Positions 9,342 through 20,505 are shown, counted from the first letter of the stretch. The stretch: 64,000 nt of DNA from an uncultured Chloroflexia bacterium (GCA_963752475.1 CAVVYR010000019.1:96001-160000), one strand, 5' to 3'. Made by a program: numbers and translations. The notes: generated by a model from the sequence alone, not told the origin.

Positions 9342-10346
9342 CTACTCGGCGAAATCGCGCGACCAGAGGCTCTCCATCGAGCCCACGTTCTCCTGGGTCG
9401 CGACACGGCCGGCCACCAGGCAGCCGTCCTCGCCGCAACCGGGGTCCTCACCACTCAGGATCGCGGTCAGGACGCGCACGGCCTCCTGTGCATGGGCGAA
9501 GGCGTCGTACGTCGTGGTGACGTCGACATAGCCGTTCTCCATGGCTTCGAGGGCCTCCGGATAGAGGTCCTGTGTCGCCAGCCAGATGTGGTTCTCGTCA
9601 CCCGTCGGAGCCCACTTGCCGGCACTCTCGAGCGCGCTCTCCACGCTGTTGATGGCGAAGTCGGAGGCCACGAAGATGCAGTTCGCATCGGGATTGGCCT
9701 GCAGCGCGTTGGCCGTGCCGGAGAGGAACACCGTCGCGTCCCACTCGGTCGGGACCTGGACGATGGTCTCGTAGGCATCGGTCTCCGCGTCGACCGCGTT
9801 CCAGGCGTCGGAGCGGTTGACCGCGTTGACGTCGGTCAGCGAGCCTTGCAGCTCGATGCACTTGCCGTCCACGCCGGCCTCCGTGAGCATCTCGGCGAAG
9901 GCCTCGGCCGTGGAGATGCCCTGCGCGTAGCTGTCGCCACCGACGTGAGCTGCTGGCTGCGCCGTCGTGGCCGCTCGGTCGAACGTAACGAACGGGATAC
10001 CGGCGTCATCCGCTGCTCGGATCGAGGCGCCCATGGCGGCCGCGTCCTCTGCGCGCGCGATGATGATGTCTACGTCCTGGTTGATGAGGTCTTCGATGTT
10101 GGCCGCCTGACGCGCGGGATCACGGCCCGCAGCGTTGATGATCCACTCGAAGTCCAGGCCCGCTTCGGCGCCCTGGATCTCCGACTGCTCCTGCATGTAC
10201 GTCTCCCAGGCATAGACCAGGGACACGTCGTAGTCGTTCCACGAGAGACCGACCTTCACCGGTTGCGCATCATCCTGCGCTACCGCCGCGCCGGCAAAGA
10301 CGAGGCTGAGCGGAAGGGCCAGACCAAGTGCAAGGGTTCGCTTCAT
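9342..10346 (-). CDS. sugar ABC transporter substrate-binding protein (RbsB-like)
   Basis: Signal peptide; GIPFVTFDR; periplasmic-binding-protein fold motifs. Confidence 0.9.
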   Translation of the reverse strand: MKRTLALGLALPLSLVFAGAAVAQDDAQPVKVGLSWNDYDVSLVYAWETYMQEQSEIQGAEAGLDFEWIINAAGRDPARQAANIEDLINQDVDIIIARAEDAAAMGASIRAADDAGIPFVTFDRAATTAQPAAHVGGDSYAQGISTAEAFAEMLTEAGVDGKCIELQGSLTDVNAVNRSDAWNAVDAETDAYETIVQVPTEWDATVFLSGTANALQANPDANCIFVASDFAINSVESALESAGKWAPTGDENHIWLATQDLYPEALEAMENGYVDVTTTYDAFAHAQEAVRVLTAILSGEDPGCGEDGCLVAGRVATQENVGSMESLWSRDFAE

Positions 10347-10397
10347 TGCTGATCTCCACTGCTATTGCGGGTGTGTGAGCGTTACCGTGAGCGACGT

Positions 10398-11516
10398 CTA
10401 CTGGTCGCCGGGCGTACGGGGTGGTGGCCGACTCTCCTCCTTTCCTCCTTGGGCACGGGCGTGCTCATCTTCGGGGGATCCCTTGTTGGTCGGGGCATCC
10501 TCGTCGTCGGTGTCGTAGACCTTCACCCACGTCGGGAGCCGTTGCCGTAGTGAGTCGGCGTACATGGCGATGAAGATGATGGCGCCGTTGACGAAGCGGT
10601 AGGCGTATGGGTCGACCGCGAGGTGGTTCAGGCCGTTGCGGATCATCTCGAGGATGAGCACGCCTCGCAGGACCCCGGGCAAGATGCTGCCGTCACCGCC
10701 GAAGAGGCTGATGCCACCGATGATGACCACGGACATGGCCGTGAACTCGTAGCCGCTGCCGATGCTCCGCGAGACGGCGCCGACCTGGAGCACCGTGAGG
10801 ATGCCGCCGATGGTCGCGAGGAAGGCCGAGAGGACGAAGGCCAGGAACGTCACGCGGTCCACACGCACTCCCAGTCGCGAAGCTGTTTCTGGGTCGTTGC
10901 CGATGGCCATGATCTGCCGCCCGAACTGCGTTCGAGTGATGAGCACGTGCACGAGCAGCATCAGACCCAGCGCGATGAGGATGTCGACGAAGACCGGTCC
11001 GATCTGGGTGTTGCCCAGGCGGCGCAGATCCTCGGGCAGGGCCACGTTGGTCGACTGGGTCAACTCCAGGGCCACGCCGCGGAGGGCGATCATCATGGCC
11101 ATCGTGGTGATCAACGGGTTCACCCGTAGCACGGTGATGATGAATCCGTTCAGGGCGCCGATCCCGATGCCGACCATGAGCATCACAGCCAGGGCGATCA
11201 CCGGGTGGACGTCCTCGCGCGTGATGAGCAGGGCGCCGATGGACGCCGTCAGGAAGGCGACTGAGCCGACCGAGATGTCGAGCTTGCCGGTCATCACCAC
11301 CACAGCCAGGCCGGACGCGATGACCATCATCGGGGCTGCCGCGTGCAGCAAGGCCACGAGGTTGGTCACGGCCAGGAAGCGTGGCGCTGTCAGCGAGAAG
11401 AAGACGAAGACCGCGACGAGGATGATGTTGAAGCCGTAGCGCAGCGTGAAGTCGCGCGCCCTCGCGGTCATGGGCATCGAGGACTGAGCGGCTGACATCT
11501 CAGTCATCGGCCGCAA
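10398..11516 (-). CDS. sugar ABC transporter permease
   Basis: GKLDISVGS, TQFGRQIMAIGND, VIIGGISLFGG. Confidence 0.9.
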   Translation of the reverse strand: MRPMTEMSAAQSSMPMTARARDFTLRYGFNIILVAVFVFFSLTAPRFLAVTNLVALLHAAAPMMVIASGLAVVVMTGKLDISVGSVAFLTASIGALLITREDVHPVIALAVMLMVGIGIGALNGFIITVLRVNPLITTMAMMIALRGVALELTQSTNVALPEDLRRLGNTQIGPVFVDILIALGLMLLVHVLITRTQFGRQIMAIGNDPETASRLGVRVDRVTFLAFVLSAFLATIGGILTVLQVGAVSRSIGSGYEFTAMSVVIIGGISLFGGDGSILPGVLRGVLILEMIRNGLNHLAVDPYAYRFVNGAIIFIAMYADSLRQRLPTWVKVYDTDDEDAPTNKGSPEDEHARAQGGKEESRPPPRTPGDQ

Positions 11517-13035
11517 CCTCTGAACCTGTGGCCATCTCGACGCCGGCCGCCGCCGCCATCAGCTCTTCCTTGGTCGCGTCGCCACCCATCTCCTCGACGA
11601 TCCGCCCCCGGTTCATGACCAGGTAGCGATGGCACACGGCCATGATCTCTTCGATCTCGGAGAGGATGACCAGGACGCCGGCACCGGACTCGGCGAGCTC
11701 GAGGATGATCCTGCGGATCTCGGCCTTGGCGCCCACGTCGAGGCCGCGTGTGGGCTCGTCCATGATGAAGATGCGCGGGTTCACCTCGAGCCAGCGACCG
11801 ACGACGACCTTCTGCTGGTTGCCACCGCTGAGCGTCTCGACGGCTTGTCCGAGCCCGGATATCTTGATGGCCAGCCGGTCCACCAGCGCGTTGGCTTTGC
11901 GGGCCTCCTCCGCACGGTCGACGAAGCCGACGCGGCCACCGAGAGCACGCAAGTTCGCAAGCGACATGTTGCTTGCCACTGACAGCGGCTGCAGCAGGCC
12001 CTCGTTCCGTCGATCCTCGGTGAGCATGCCGATCCAGCGCTGTGCCTCGAGACCGCGGACCTCACGCAGGCCATCCCCGTAGTCGACCTTGACGGTGCCC
12101 TCCTCACGGGAGTCGAGTCCCACGATGGCGCGGGCGACCTCGGTACGTCCCGAGCCAAGCAGCCCCCAGAGTCCGAGGACCTCGCCCTGGTGCAGAGTCA
12201 GGTCGATGCCGTGGATGACCCCTACGCGGCCCATCTTCTGCACCTGCAGGAGCGGCCTGTCCGTGACGCTCTCGGGCTTCTGCCCCTCGTTGATGCGGAC
12301 GTCACCGATGATCAACCGCACGATCTCGTCCGTCGTCAGCTCGCCCATCGAGCCGCCGCCCACGGTCTGACCTCCGCGCAGCACGGTCGCGCGGTCGCAA
12401 ATCTGGAAGACCTCGTCGAGGAAGTGCGTGATGTAGATGATCGTCACCCCTTCCGCCTTGAGGCTGTGGATGACGTCGAACAGGCGCGCCTTCTCGCGGC
12501 TTGTCAGAGACGAGGTGGGTTCATCGAAGATCACGATGCCTGGGTCGCTCAGCAGTGCTCGCGCGATCTCGACCATCTGGCGGTCGCCTGTGCTGAGATA
12601 CTGGACGCGCGTGTCCGGTGTGAACTTGCAGCCGAGTCGCCGAAGGTTCTTGTCCGTCTGCTCGCGAACGACTCGGGCATCGATGAGGCCGGCCCGGGAG
12701 GGGAAGTCCCCGATGTGCATGTTCTCGGCGACCGTCAGCGTTGGCAGCATCGCCATCTCCTGATGGACGAAGGCGATGCCCTGCGCGGTGGCGTCCAACG
12801 GGGAGTGGATGTCAACCGCCTGGCTGTCGATGTGAATCGATCCGGAGTCGGGCCGGATGACGCCGCCGAGCACGTTCATCAGGGTGGACTTCCCAGCGCC
12901 GTTCGCGCCGACCAGGGCGTGCACTTCCCCGGCCCAGGCGTCGAAGGAGACACCGTCGAGTGCGACCACGCCCGGGAAAACCTTGCCGATGTCGATCATC
13001 CGCAGGTACGGAGCCGTGCCGCTCGTGTTCGTCAT
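11500..13035 (-). CDS. sugar ABC transporter ATP-binding protein (two NBDs)
   Basis: [26 protein letters not shown]. Confidence 0.9.
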   Translation of the reverse strand: MTNTSGTAPYLRMIDIGKVFPGVVALDGVSFDAWAGEVHALVGANGAGKSTLMNVLGGVIRPDSGSIHIDSQAVDIHSPLDATAQGIAFVHQEMAMLPTLTVAENMHIGDFPSRAGLIDARVVREQTDKNLRRLGCKFTPDTRVQYLSTGDRQMVEIARALLSDPGIVIFDEPTSSLTSREKARLFDVIHSLKAEGVTIIYITHFLDEVFQICDRATVLRGGQTVGGGSMGELTTDEIVRLIIGDVRINEGQKPESVTDRPLLQVQKMGRVGVIHGIDLTLHQGEVLGLWGLLGSGRTEVARAIVGLDSREEGTVKVDYGDGLREVRGLEAQRWIGMLTEDRRNEGLLQPLSVASNMSLANLRALGGRVGFVDRAEEARKANALVDRLAIKISGLGQAVETLSGGNQQKVVVGRWLEVNPRIFIMDEPTRGLDVGAKAEIRRIILELAESGAGVLVILSEIEEIMAVCHRYLVMNRGRIVEEMGGDATKEELMAAAAGVEMATGSEVAADD

Positions 13036-13043
13036 GCTCCCTC

Positions 13044-14039
13044 CTACTTCCGCCTGCGCAGGGAGTCGATGGCCACGAAGCCGACGATGACGAAGCCCTT
13101 CACGATGAGGCTCGTGAAGTACGACACCTGCATCATGTTCATGCTGTTCGAGATGACCGTGATGAAGATGGCACCGAAGACCGCACCCAGCGGGCCGCCA
13201 ACGCCGCCGTAGATGCTCACGCCGCCGACCACGGCGGAGGCGACGACGTCGAGCACGATGGCGTCCGTGCCCATGTTTGCCGAGGCCGATCCCAGCCGGG
13301 CCGTGAGCACGATGGCCGTCAGTCCGGCGAGGAAGCCAGAGACGACGTAGGCGCTGAAGATGACGCGCGACGTGGGCACGCCCGACACCCGAGCCGTCTT
13401 GGCGTTGATGCCAACCGCGTAGACCCAACGCCCGTAGATGTGCCGGCGCATGATGACGGTGGCGATGAGCGTGACGACGCCGGCGAGGATGACCGCGTGC
13501 TGGATGCCGAAGGCGCGGTCGAGGATCAGGTCGTAGAAGGCCTCGTTGGTGACAGGGATGCTCACTGAGTTGGTGATGGCCACCGCCGCTCCGGTGGCGA
13601 TGGTCATCATCGCCAGCGTCACGACGAATGGGATCATCCGCAGGTACGCGACCGAGAACCCGTTCACCGAACCGAGCCCTGCGCCGACGAGCAGCATGAC
13701 CAGCCCAGCGAGCGGGATGGAGCCGGTGTCACGCAAGACCATCGCGCCCAGGATGGCGGAGACGCTCATCACTGCCGGGATCGAGAGGTCGATGCCACCG
13801 GTGATCATGACGATGGCCATGCCGATGGCCATCAGCGCCAGGGGCGCCGCCTGCACCAGAACGTTACCGATGTTGCGCGAGGTGAAGAAGTTCGGCACGA
13901 ATGCCGCGAGCAGGATCAGGACCACGACCAGGATGATCGGCGCGAGGTTGTCCAGGACCAACTTGCCAACGGAGAGGTGCGTGCCGGATTGCGCTTCGGA
14001 TGGAGAAGGGCCCGATGGGACGGAGGGCGTGGGCGTCAC
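13044..14039 (-). CDS. sugar ABC transporter permease
   Basis: GGIDLS, VVGGVSIYGG. Confidence 0.9.
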   Translation of the reverse strand: MTPTPSVPSGPSPSEAQSGTHLSVGKLVLDNLAPIILVVVLILLAAFVPNFFTSRNIGNVLVQAAPLALMAIGMAIVMITGGIDLSIPAVMSVSAILGAMVLRDTGSIPLAGLVMLLVGAGLGSVNGFSVAYLRMIPFVVTLAMMTIATGAAVAITNSVSIPVTNEAFYDLILDRAFGIQHAVILAGVVTLIATVIMRRHIYGRWVYAVGINAKTARVSGVPTSRVIFSAYVVSGFLAGLTAIVLTARLGSASANMGTDAIVLDVVASAVVGGVSIYGGVGGPLGAVFGAIFITVISNSMNMMQVSYFTSLIVKGFVIVGFVAIDSLRRRK

Positions 14040-14913
14040 TGCGCTAGCCCGCTCGGTCCCCGGTGTTCTTCACGGTCGCGACGCATGTCCGTCTTCATCA
14101 GATGATCGGCGTGCCGATGGCAGCTGCCCGCTTGCGCACGTTGTCCGGAAGCTGCGAGTCCACGATCAGCGCATCGAAGTCCTCGAGGCCAAAGACCTTC
14201 CCTACCGCAGTACGACCGAACGAGGTCGAATCCCGCCACGGCGTAGCTGTGGGTGCAGACCTCAAGGAGCTGCCGGCTGATGGCCACTTCCTCTAGCTCC
14301 GGGTGCGTCCAGCCTGCCTGGACATCGACAGCCATGGCTCCGAAGAAGCCCTTGTCTACACGCAAATCCGAGATGAACTTGACCGCGTTCGCACCAGCGA
14401 ACACCTGGGTCGGCCGGAGGAGCATCCCGCCGGGCATCATCAGCACCAACTCGGCAACACTCTCGACGGCCACGCCGACGTTGAGGCACAGGGGCGCCAC
14501 GGTGAGTGCCGAGAGATGCTCGGCTCGGAGACGATCAACCACCAACTCCACGGTCGAGCCCGCGCTAAGCCCACGATGTCAACGACTTCGATGAGTGCAG
14601 CAGCCTTCTGGGCGATCTCGTTCTTCGCCTGCAGATTGGTCAACCGCTTCGTCGCGAGGTCGCGGTTCGAGGAGACGGGGCGCGCCTGCTCGCCCAAGAC
14701 CGCCCCACCGTGGACCAGTCGGATCCCACCCCGGTCGGCGCAGACACGAAGACCGTGCCGGATGGTGATCGGGTTGACCGCGAGCTGCTCCGCGAGCCAC
14801 GTGGTCCGGACGCTTCCGCGCGCGGTGACCAGCTCAAGGATGTGGGCACGTCGATCTGTCGGCAGCATCTGGCCACCTGTGGTGAGCAGTCGCGTGGAAC
14901 CCTGACTCGACAT
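14036..14913 (-). pseudogene. DeoR/GlpR-family regulator, multiply frameshifted
   Basis: MLPTDRRAHILELV..RLVHGGA (HTH) in one frame; PGGMLL..LRVDKGFFG (DeoRC) in another. Confidence 0.7.
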
Positions 14914-15228
14914 ATTCGGTCGACTCCAGCCTGTCGGAGGCGCGGACGGTCAACAACTTACTTCGAGAGTGAACGTCGTGCAGCTCGATTGTGCAATCTC
15001 GCTCACGCTCGGGATGTCACTCACGAACGTGAGACGGTGCTCATTGCGCTCGTCAGGACGATGAGCCGCTCGGCGGTGACAGGTGAGCGCGCATGGCGCA
15101 ACGTCGGTTCGTGGCAGCGGCTGGTGGTCCCATGGATGACTCGGGGTCAGCGGCGGTATCGCCTGTCGGCGAGGTGTCGTCGGGCGACCGAGGCGTTGCA
15201 GAGGCCGCGGTGCGGTATGGTGGCGCGC

Positions 15229-15774
15229 ATGCCCGACTACACCATCCGCATGGCCGAGCAGGCCGACCTCGAACAGTTCGCCGAGATCGTCAACCACTAC
15301 ATCGAGACGAGCTCGATCAACTTCCACGATCGCCCTCAGTCGGAAGAGGACTGGGAGGCGACCTGGGAGGTGCTCCACGAACGCTACCCGTTCGTCGTGG
15401 CCGAGAGCGAGGGCGTCATCGGCGGTATCGCCTACGCCACACCCTGGAAGCTCCGCGGGGCCTACAACTGGACTTGCGAGGTGACCGTCTATATCCGAGC
15501 CGGGCACGAGCGGCAGGGCTTGGGCAAGGCGCTCTCGCAGCGGATGCTGGACATCCTCGAGGCGCAGGGTTACCGGGCCATCGTGGCCGTCATCGCGCTT
15601 CCCAACGAGGCCTCGGTGGCGCTCCACAAGGCGCTCGGCTACCAGCACAAGGGCACGCTGGAGAACCTCGGGTACAAGCAGGGCCATTGGCGCGACGTGA
15701 GCTTCTGGGAGCTGCAGATCGGTGAGGTCGGCATCACGCCCACGGACATCAAGCCCGTCAGCGAGATCGCCTAG
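15229..15774 (+). CDS. phosphinothricin-acetyltransferase-like GNAT
   Basis: AYNWTCEVTVY, RQGLG, LPNEASVALH, GYKQGHWRDV. Confidence 0.85.
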   Translation: MPDYTIRMAEQADLEQFAEIVNHYIETSSINFHDRPQSEEDWEATWEVLHERYPFVVAESEGVIGGIAYATPWKLRGAYNWTCEVTVYIRAGHERQGLGKALSQRMLDILEAQGYRAIVAVIALPNEASVALHKALGYQHKGTLENLGYKQGHWRDVSFWELQIGEVGITPTDIKPVSEIA

Positions 15775-15843
15775 TCGCAGCGGGCCAGGCTCGGTCCTGG
15801 CCGACCGCCACTGGCCACGCAAGAACGTCGAACCGGCGAGCGG

Positions 15844-17277
15844 CTACTCCTCCTGCGCGCCGTCCTCGCAGATCTCGTTGGAGTCGTCGATCTCAGGCGT
15901 CGCGTCTTCCGCGACCCAGAGGTTCTCTCCGTTCTCGCAGGACACGTTGCCGGTCAGCACGGGAGAGGCCTCGCCACTGATCGCGATACCTCGTTCGCCG
16001 GCGCCGGTGACCTCGTTGCCGTCGAGCACCATCGAACCGCTCGCGACGAGGATGCCGGCCCGTCCACCGCTGACGGTGTTGCCGCTGACCGTGTCCGCAC
16101 CGCCTCTGAGGCTGAGTCCCAGCGGGTTGTCGACCAGGGTGTTGTCCTCGATCGTGCCCGAGACCCCACCCCAGGAGATGCCGACCCCGTTGCCGCTGAG
16201 CGTGTTGCTCACGATCCGTGGCGCTCCACCCTCCGTGACGGAGATGCCTGATGTGCTGGCACCCTCGATGGTGTTGTTCCTGACCGTTGGCTCGAAGCCC
16301 TCCGCGCCGGTGTTCCGCCCGATCCGGATGCCGAGCGAGCCGGGGTCCGAGATGCGGTTGCCCTCGATGAGGATGGGTCCCGGGCCGGAGATAGCGATGG
16401 CTCGGCTGAGAGTGCCGCTGATGTCGTTGTCGCGCACGACGGTGTCAGGGCCTGGCTCCCTCAGGAAGATATGCGGCCCATCCACCAGGCGGTTGCCCTC
16501 GATGGTCGGGCTTGCCTCGCCGAACACGGAGAACTCGCCACCCGCACGGATCTCGTTGTCCAGGACGGACGCGGTCGAACCATGCGTCACGGCGACCGAA
16601 GTGCCAGACAAGCTGGACCCGTCGAACGGCAAGCCGATCGAAGCGATGATGTTGCCTCGGATGGTGGGTGAGCCACCGCTCGCGATGATGGCTGATCCAT
16701 CGCCCTGGACGGTCAGACCAGCGATGGTGGCTGCGGTGTCCGTCAGCAGGAACGCATACGGCTCGTCCCCGTAGATCGTGCTCGTGGTGAACGTGGGGCC
16801 GTCCATCGGCGCCGTGATGACGATCTCGGTGGTCGGCCCGTCGCCACGGACGATGATGTCCTTGTCGATCTCGATGGCCTCGGTGTACGTGCCGGGCCTG
16901 ACCAGGATGGTGTCGCCATCGTCCGCTGCCTCGACAGCTTCGGTGATGGTCTCGAAGGTGCCTGATCCATCCTGGGCGACGATGATCTCGCCATCGGAGG
17001 CGAGCAGTCGTTGACCGGCAACGCCAGCCACGGCCAGGGCCACGGCCAACAGGAGGGTAGTGGCAAGGATGGCGGCCACTCGGGCGGTCGGTGATCCGAC
17101 CGCGACGCGGGAATCGGTGTGCATGGTGGGCTCCTTGATGAGCGCGAGCCAACGCGGGTATTGCCGGGTGCGGCGCGCATTGAACTCGAACGTGTGAAGC
17201 AGGTGGTTCGGCGGGGACATCGGAGCGCCGTCGTCGAGCGCTTCGCGGATGTCGTGCTCGAGACGCTGGACGTTCAT
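15844..17277 (-). CDS. putative anti-sigma factor with right-handed parallel beta-helix (NosD/pectin-lyase-like) extracellular domain (cassette 3)
   Basis: ATGA overlap with sigma; TM; VAQDGSGTFETITEAV, RPGTYTE, repeated PTIxGNxI; C-terminal Cys pair. Confidence 0.8.
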   Translation of the reverse strand: MNVQRLEHDIREALDDGAPMSPPNHLLHTFEFNARRTRQYPRWLALIKEPTMHTDSRVAVGSPTARVAAILATTLLLAVALAVAGVAGQRLLASDGEIIVAQDGSGTFETITEAVEAADDGDTILVRPGTYTEAIEIDKDIIVRGDGPTTEIVITAPMDGPTFTTSTIYGDEPYAFLLTDTAATIAGLTVQGDGSAIIASGGSPTIRGNIIASIGLPFDGSSLSGTSVAVTHGSTASVLDNEIRAGGEFSVFGEASPTIEGNRLVDGPHIFLREPGPDTVVRDNDISGTLSRAIAISGPGPILIEGNRISDPGSLGIRIGRNTGAEGFEPTVRNNTIEGASTSGISVTEGGAPRIVSNTLSGNGVGISWGGVSGTIEDNTLVDNPLGLSLRGGADTVSGNTVSGGRAGILVASGSMVLDGNEVTGAGERGIAISGEASPVLTGNVSCENGENLWVAEDATPEIDDSNEICEDGAQEE

Positions 17278-17837
17278 CGCGCGCCCTCCCCAGCCTGCGT
17301 GGGAGTGGCCACGGACTCGTCGCGGACGGTGCGACGGAGTGCCACGAGGCCATGGTGGAGCCGGGACTTGGCAGTTCCGACGGGAATGTCGAGGATCTCC
17401 GCCGCCTTGGTCAGCGGGAGGTCGAGGTAGTAGTGGACGACCATCACGGCTCGTTGGTCGAGCGGGAGCTGGCCGATGGCGTCGAAGAGTTGTTGGCGGT
17501 CACCGACCCACTCGGAGGGATCGGGCTCGCCTGGCGTCAGTGCGTCGGGCACCTCGCGGACCTCGACGGTGACGCGGCGCTTCTCCTTCTTCGCGCTGCG
17601 ATAGCAGGCGCGAACGGTGATGCGGTGGAGCCAGGCCTCGAAGGCTTCGGGGTCGCGCAGGGCCTCGATGTGCTGCCAGGCGTGGAGGAGGGATTCCTGG
17701 ACGGCATCCTCGGCTCGGTGAGGATCGCGCAGGATGAGGGTGGCGACGGCATACAGCCGGGTAAGAGAGCCTCGCGCCAAGTCGGAGAACGCCTCGAGGT
17801 CACCCGACCTCGCTCGCTCCACGAGCTCTCGCTGCAT
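17274..17837 (-). CDS. ECF RNA polymerase sigma factor (cassette 3)
   Basis: AEDAVQE..LRDPEAFEAWL; LDIPVGTAKSRLH. Confidence 0.9.
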   Translation of the reverse strand: MQRELVERARSGDLEAFSDLARGSLTRLYAVATLILRDPHRAEDAVQESLLHAWQHIEALRDPEAFEAWLHRITVRACYRSAKKEKRRVTVEVREVPDALTPGEPDPSEWVGDRQQLFDAIGQLPLDQRAVMVVHYYLDLPLTKAAEILDIPVGTAKSRLHHGLVALRRTVRDESVATPTQAGEGAR

Positions 17838-18107
17838 GACGCCACCTGTGTCGCGCGGCCCATCTGACCGCTCTCACCAACTATGAGTCACGAAGTACAC
17901 GAAAGGGTTCTGCGCATCTCGGATGAAGACCCCGGAGCCCGCGGTAGCCGGCCCCGGGGGTGGAGGAAGAGATGCTACGGGGCGGCGCCGAGGCTCTCCC
18001 GGCGCATTCAACCAGTAGGGAACTGCTCGATCACGTTCTTATCCCGAGACACCAAGAAACCCGGGCCGGCGGTGGGCCGACCCGGGTGTGAAGCTGTATG
18101 ACGAGCG

Positions 18108-18330
18108 CTACTCGGTGGCGGCGCCCGCGCACATGTCATTGCTTGGGTCGAGGGTAAGGCCGGATCCCTCGGGCACCGCAAGGTCCTGTTCGTTGTCGCA
18201 GAAGCGATCGTCCTCGATGATCGCGCCTGGCTCCGCGCCGTTGACGCAGATCCCGACGTTCAGCCCTTCCAGCTGGTTCCCGGTGATCGTCGGCGCAGAG
18301 TCCTCGGGCACGATGATGCTGGTGACGCCA
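18108..18330 (-). pseudogene. 3' remnant of a beta-helix protein paralogous to 15844..17277
   Basis: APTITGNQL..FCDNEQDLAV..LDPSNDMC aligns with SPVLTGNVSCENGENLWV..IDDSNEIC. Confidence 0.6.
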
Positions 18331-18376
18331 CTCGCTGGAACTGGACATGACCATCTACTTAGGCTAGTTTCTAGTC

Positions 18377-18631
18377 ATGATTCGGCTCAACATCCACGAG
18401 GCCAAGACGCACCTGTCGCGCTACCTGCCCCTGCTCGAGCAAGGCGAGACGATCATCCTGTGCAAGCGCAACGTGCCGATCGCTGAGATCAAGCCCATCG
18501 AGAAGCGACGGACAGAGCCTCGGAAGCTCGGCCTCGCGAAAGGCGAGTTCGAAGTGACCGACGCGTTCTTCGAGCCTCTCCCAGATGAGTTGCTGGCTGC
18601 ATTCGAGGGCCGGGAGCCCGGTGAGGAGTGA
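18377..18631 (+). CDS. vapB: Phd/YefM-family antitoxin
   Basis: LNIHEAKTHLSRY..GETIIL..PIAEI; RKLGLAKG. Confidence 0.9.
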   Translation: MIRLNIHEAKTHLSRYLPLLEQGETIILCKRNVPIAEIKPIEKRRTEPRKLGLAKGEFEVTDAFFEPLPDELLAAFEGREPGEE

Positions 18632-19014
18632 AGTTCCTCCTTGACACTGCGACCTTCCTCTTCGCGGCCACATCCGACCGCCGCCTGAGCCCAACGGTAC
18701 GGGACCTCATCGAGAGCCCTTATGACCCGGTCTATCTGAGCGCGATCTCGGCCTGGGAGATCGCCGTCAAGAACGGGCGCGGGAAGCTGCCGCTACCTGA
18801 GCCCCCAGATCGATATGTACCGCGTCTTCGTGAGGAGATGGGCGTCGAGGAGTTGCCGCTGCGGGAGGAGACCATCCTGCGTGTCGGCAGACTGCCGAGC
18901 ATCCACGCCGATCCCTTCGATCGTGCACTCGTCTCGCAGGCCATCGCCATGGGCATGACCATCCTCACGCCCGATGAGGCAGTCCGCCAGTACCCGGTGC
19001 CGACCATCTGGTAG
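18628..19014 (+). CDS. vapC: PIN-domain toxin
   Basis: LLDT, SAISAWEIAVK, HADPFDRALVSQA; GTGA overlap with the antitoxin. Confidence 0.9.
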   Translation: MKFLLDTATFLFAATSDRRLSPTVRDLIESPYDPVYLSAISAWEIAVKNGRGKLPLPEPPDRYVPRLREEMGVEELPLREETILRVGRLPSIHADPFDRALVSQAIAMGMTILTPDEAVRQYPVPTIW

Positions 19015-19081
19015 GCCGCTGCTGGTAGCGTCTATCTGTCCTGGATCGAGCCGATCCATCTGACCGACGCCGAATTGGGGG

Positions 19082-20261
19082 ATGGGCATGGCCTACACCT
19101 ACGCAGTCCTGGGAGGCGGACGACAGGGCACCGCTGCGGCCTACGACATGGCCAAGTGGGGCGACGCCGAGCGTGTGCTCATCGCCGACAGAAGCGCTGA
19201 CGTCGCCGAGGCCTCCGCGGTGCGGGTCGATGACCTCATCGGGCGCCCGATCGCCGAGCCCGTGCAGCTCGACGTCACCGACCATGCCGCGCTCGTCGAG
19301 TTCCTGACGCCGGTCGAATTCCTTCCTCAGCGCCGTGCCCTACTGGAACAATCCCGCCATCACCGAGGCTGCCATCGAGGCCAGGGCCTGCATGACCGAC
19401 CTGGGCGGCAAGACCGACCTGGTCCTCGAGCAGATGAAGCGCACCGACGAAGCCAAGGCTGCCGGCATCGCCATCATCCCTGACTGCGGCCAGGTCCCCG
19501 GCATGGGCACCAGCCTCAGCGTCTATGCCATGAGCCTGCTCGACGAGACCGACGAGATCCTGATGTGGGACGGCGGCAACCCGCTGCACCCCGAGCCGCC
19601 GTTCAACTACATCCTCACCTTCAACATCGCCGGCCTGACGAACGAGTACTACGGCGTGGCCAATTTCATCCGTGGCAGCGAGCGCGTCAAGGTCCCGACG
19701 TTCCTGCCCGAGGACTACGAGACCGTCGACTTCGGTGGCGACATCGGTGAGATGGAAGCTTTCGTCGCGGGCGGCGGCACGTCGACCATGCCCTGGACGT
19801 TCGAGGGGGTGCTCAAGACGCTCTGGAACAAGACGCTACGTTGGCCCGGGCACTTCGACGAGTGGCGCGCCTACACCATCGCGGGCCTGCTCGATGAGGA
19901 GCCCATCGACGTCAACGGCCAGCAGGTCGTGCCGCGTGACGTCCTCCATGCGCTGCTCGATCCCAAGATCAGGGCGGAGGTCGGCGAGCCCGATCTCGTC
20001 ATCGTGCGGGTGCTGGCCAAGGGACGCAAGGGTGGGGTCGATGCTGAGGTCCGCGTCGAACTCATCGACCGCTTCGACGAGACCACCGGCTTCACGGCCA
20101 TGGAGCGGACGACCGGCTGGGACGGCGCGCTCAAGGCCCAGATGAACGCTCACGGCCGGACCCCTCGTGGCGTCAATCCGGCCGAGCTCGCTGTCTCCGG
20201 CCCCGACTACGCCGTCGAGCTGCGCAAGCGCGGCTTCAGCCTGACCGTGGAGTATCTCTAG
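19082..20261 (+). CDS. saccharopine dehydrogenase-family protein (frameshift near 19318)
   Basis: VLGGGRQG, SAVPY, DLGG, PDCGQVPG, KTLRWPGH, TAMERTTG. Confidence 0.85.
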
Positions 20262-20382
20262 CTACTCGACAGAAGGCCCTGGCGGTGCCGGCATCGGCGC
20301 GAGCGGGGCTCGAAGACCTAGCTCGCGAGCTCACCCAGGACGGTCGGGAGCGGGAGCCGCCGGAAGCCGCTTCGTCTGACCT

Positions 20383-20505
20383 GCGATCCTCGGCGGCAAC
20401 AGCACGCTGGCATACGGCACCGCGCTGGGTCTCGCGGTCGCGGTCATCGTCGGCTGCATCATCATCGCCACGGTCGTCTTCGGGCGACGCGACGTGACCT
20501 CCTAG
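20383..20505 (+). pseudogene. 3' remnant of ABC-2-type permease
   Basis: AILGGNSTLAYGTALGLAVAVIVGCIIIATVVFGRRDVTS*: TM followed by the F-x-RRDV terminus typical of ABC-2 permeases. Confidence 0.5.
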
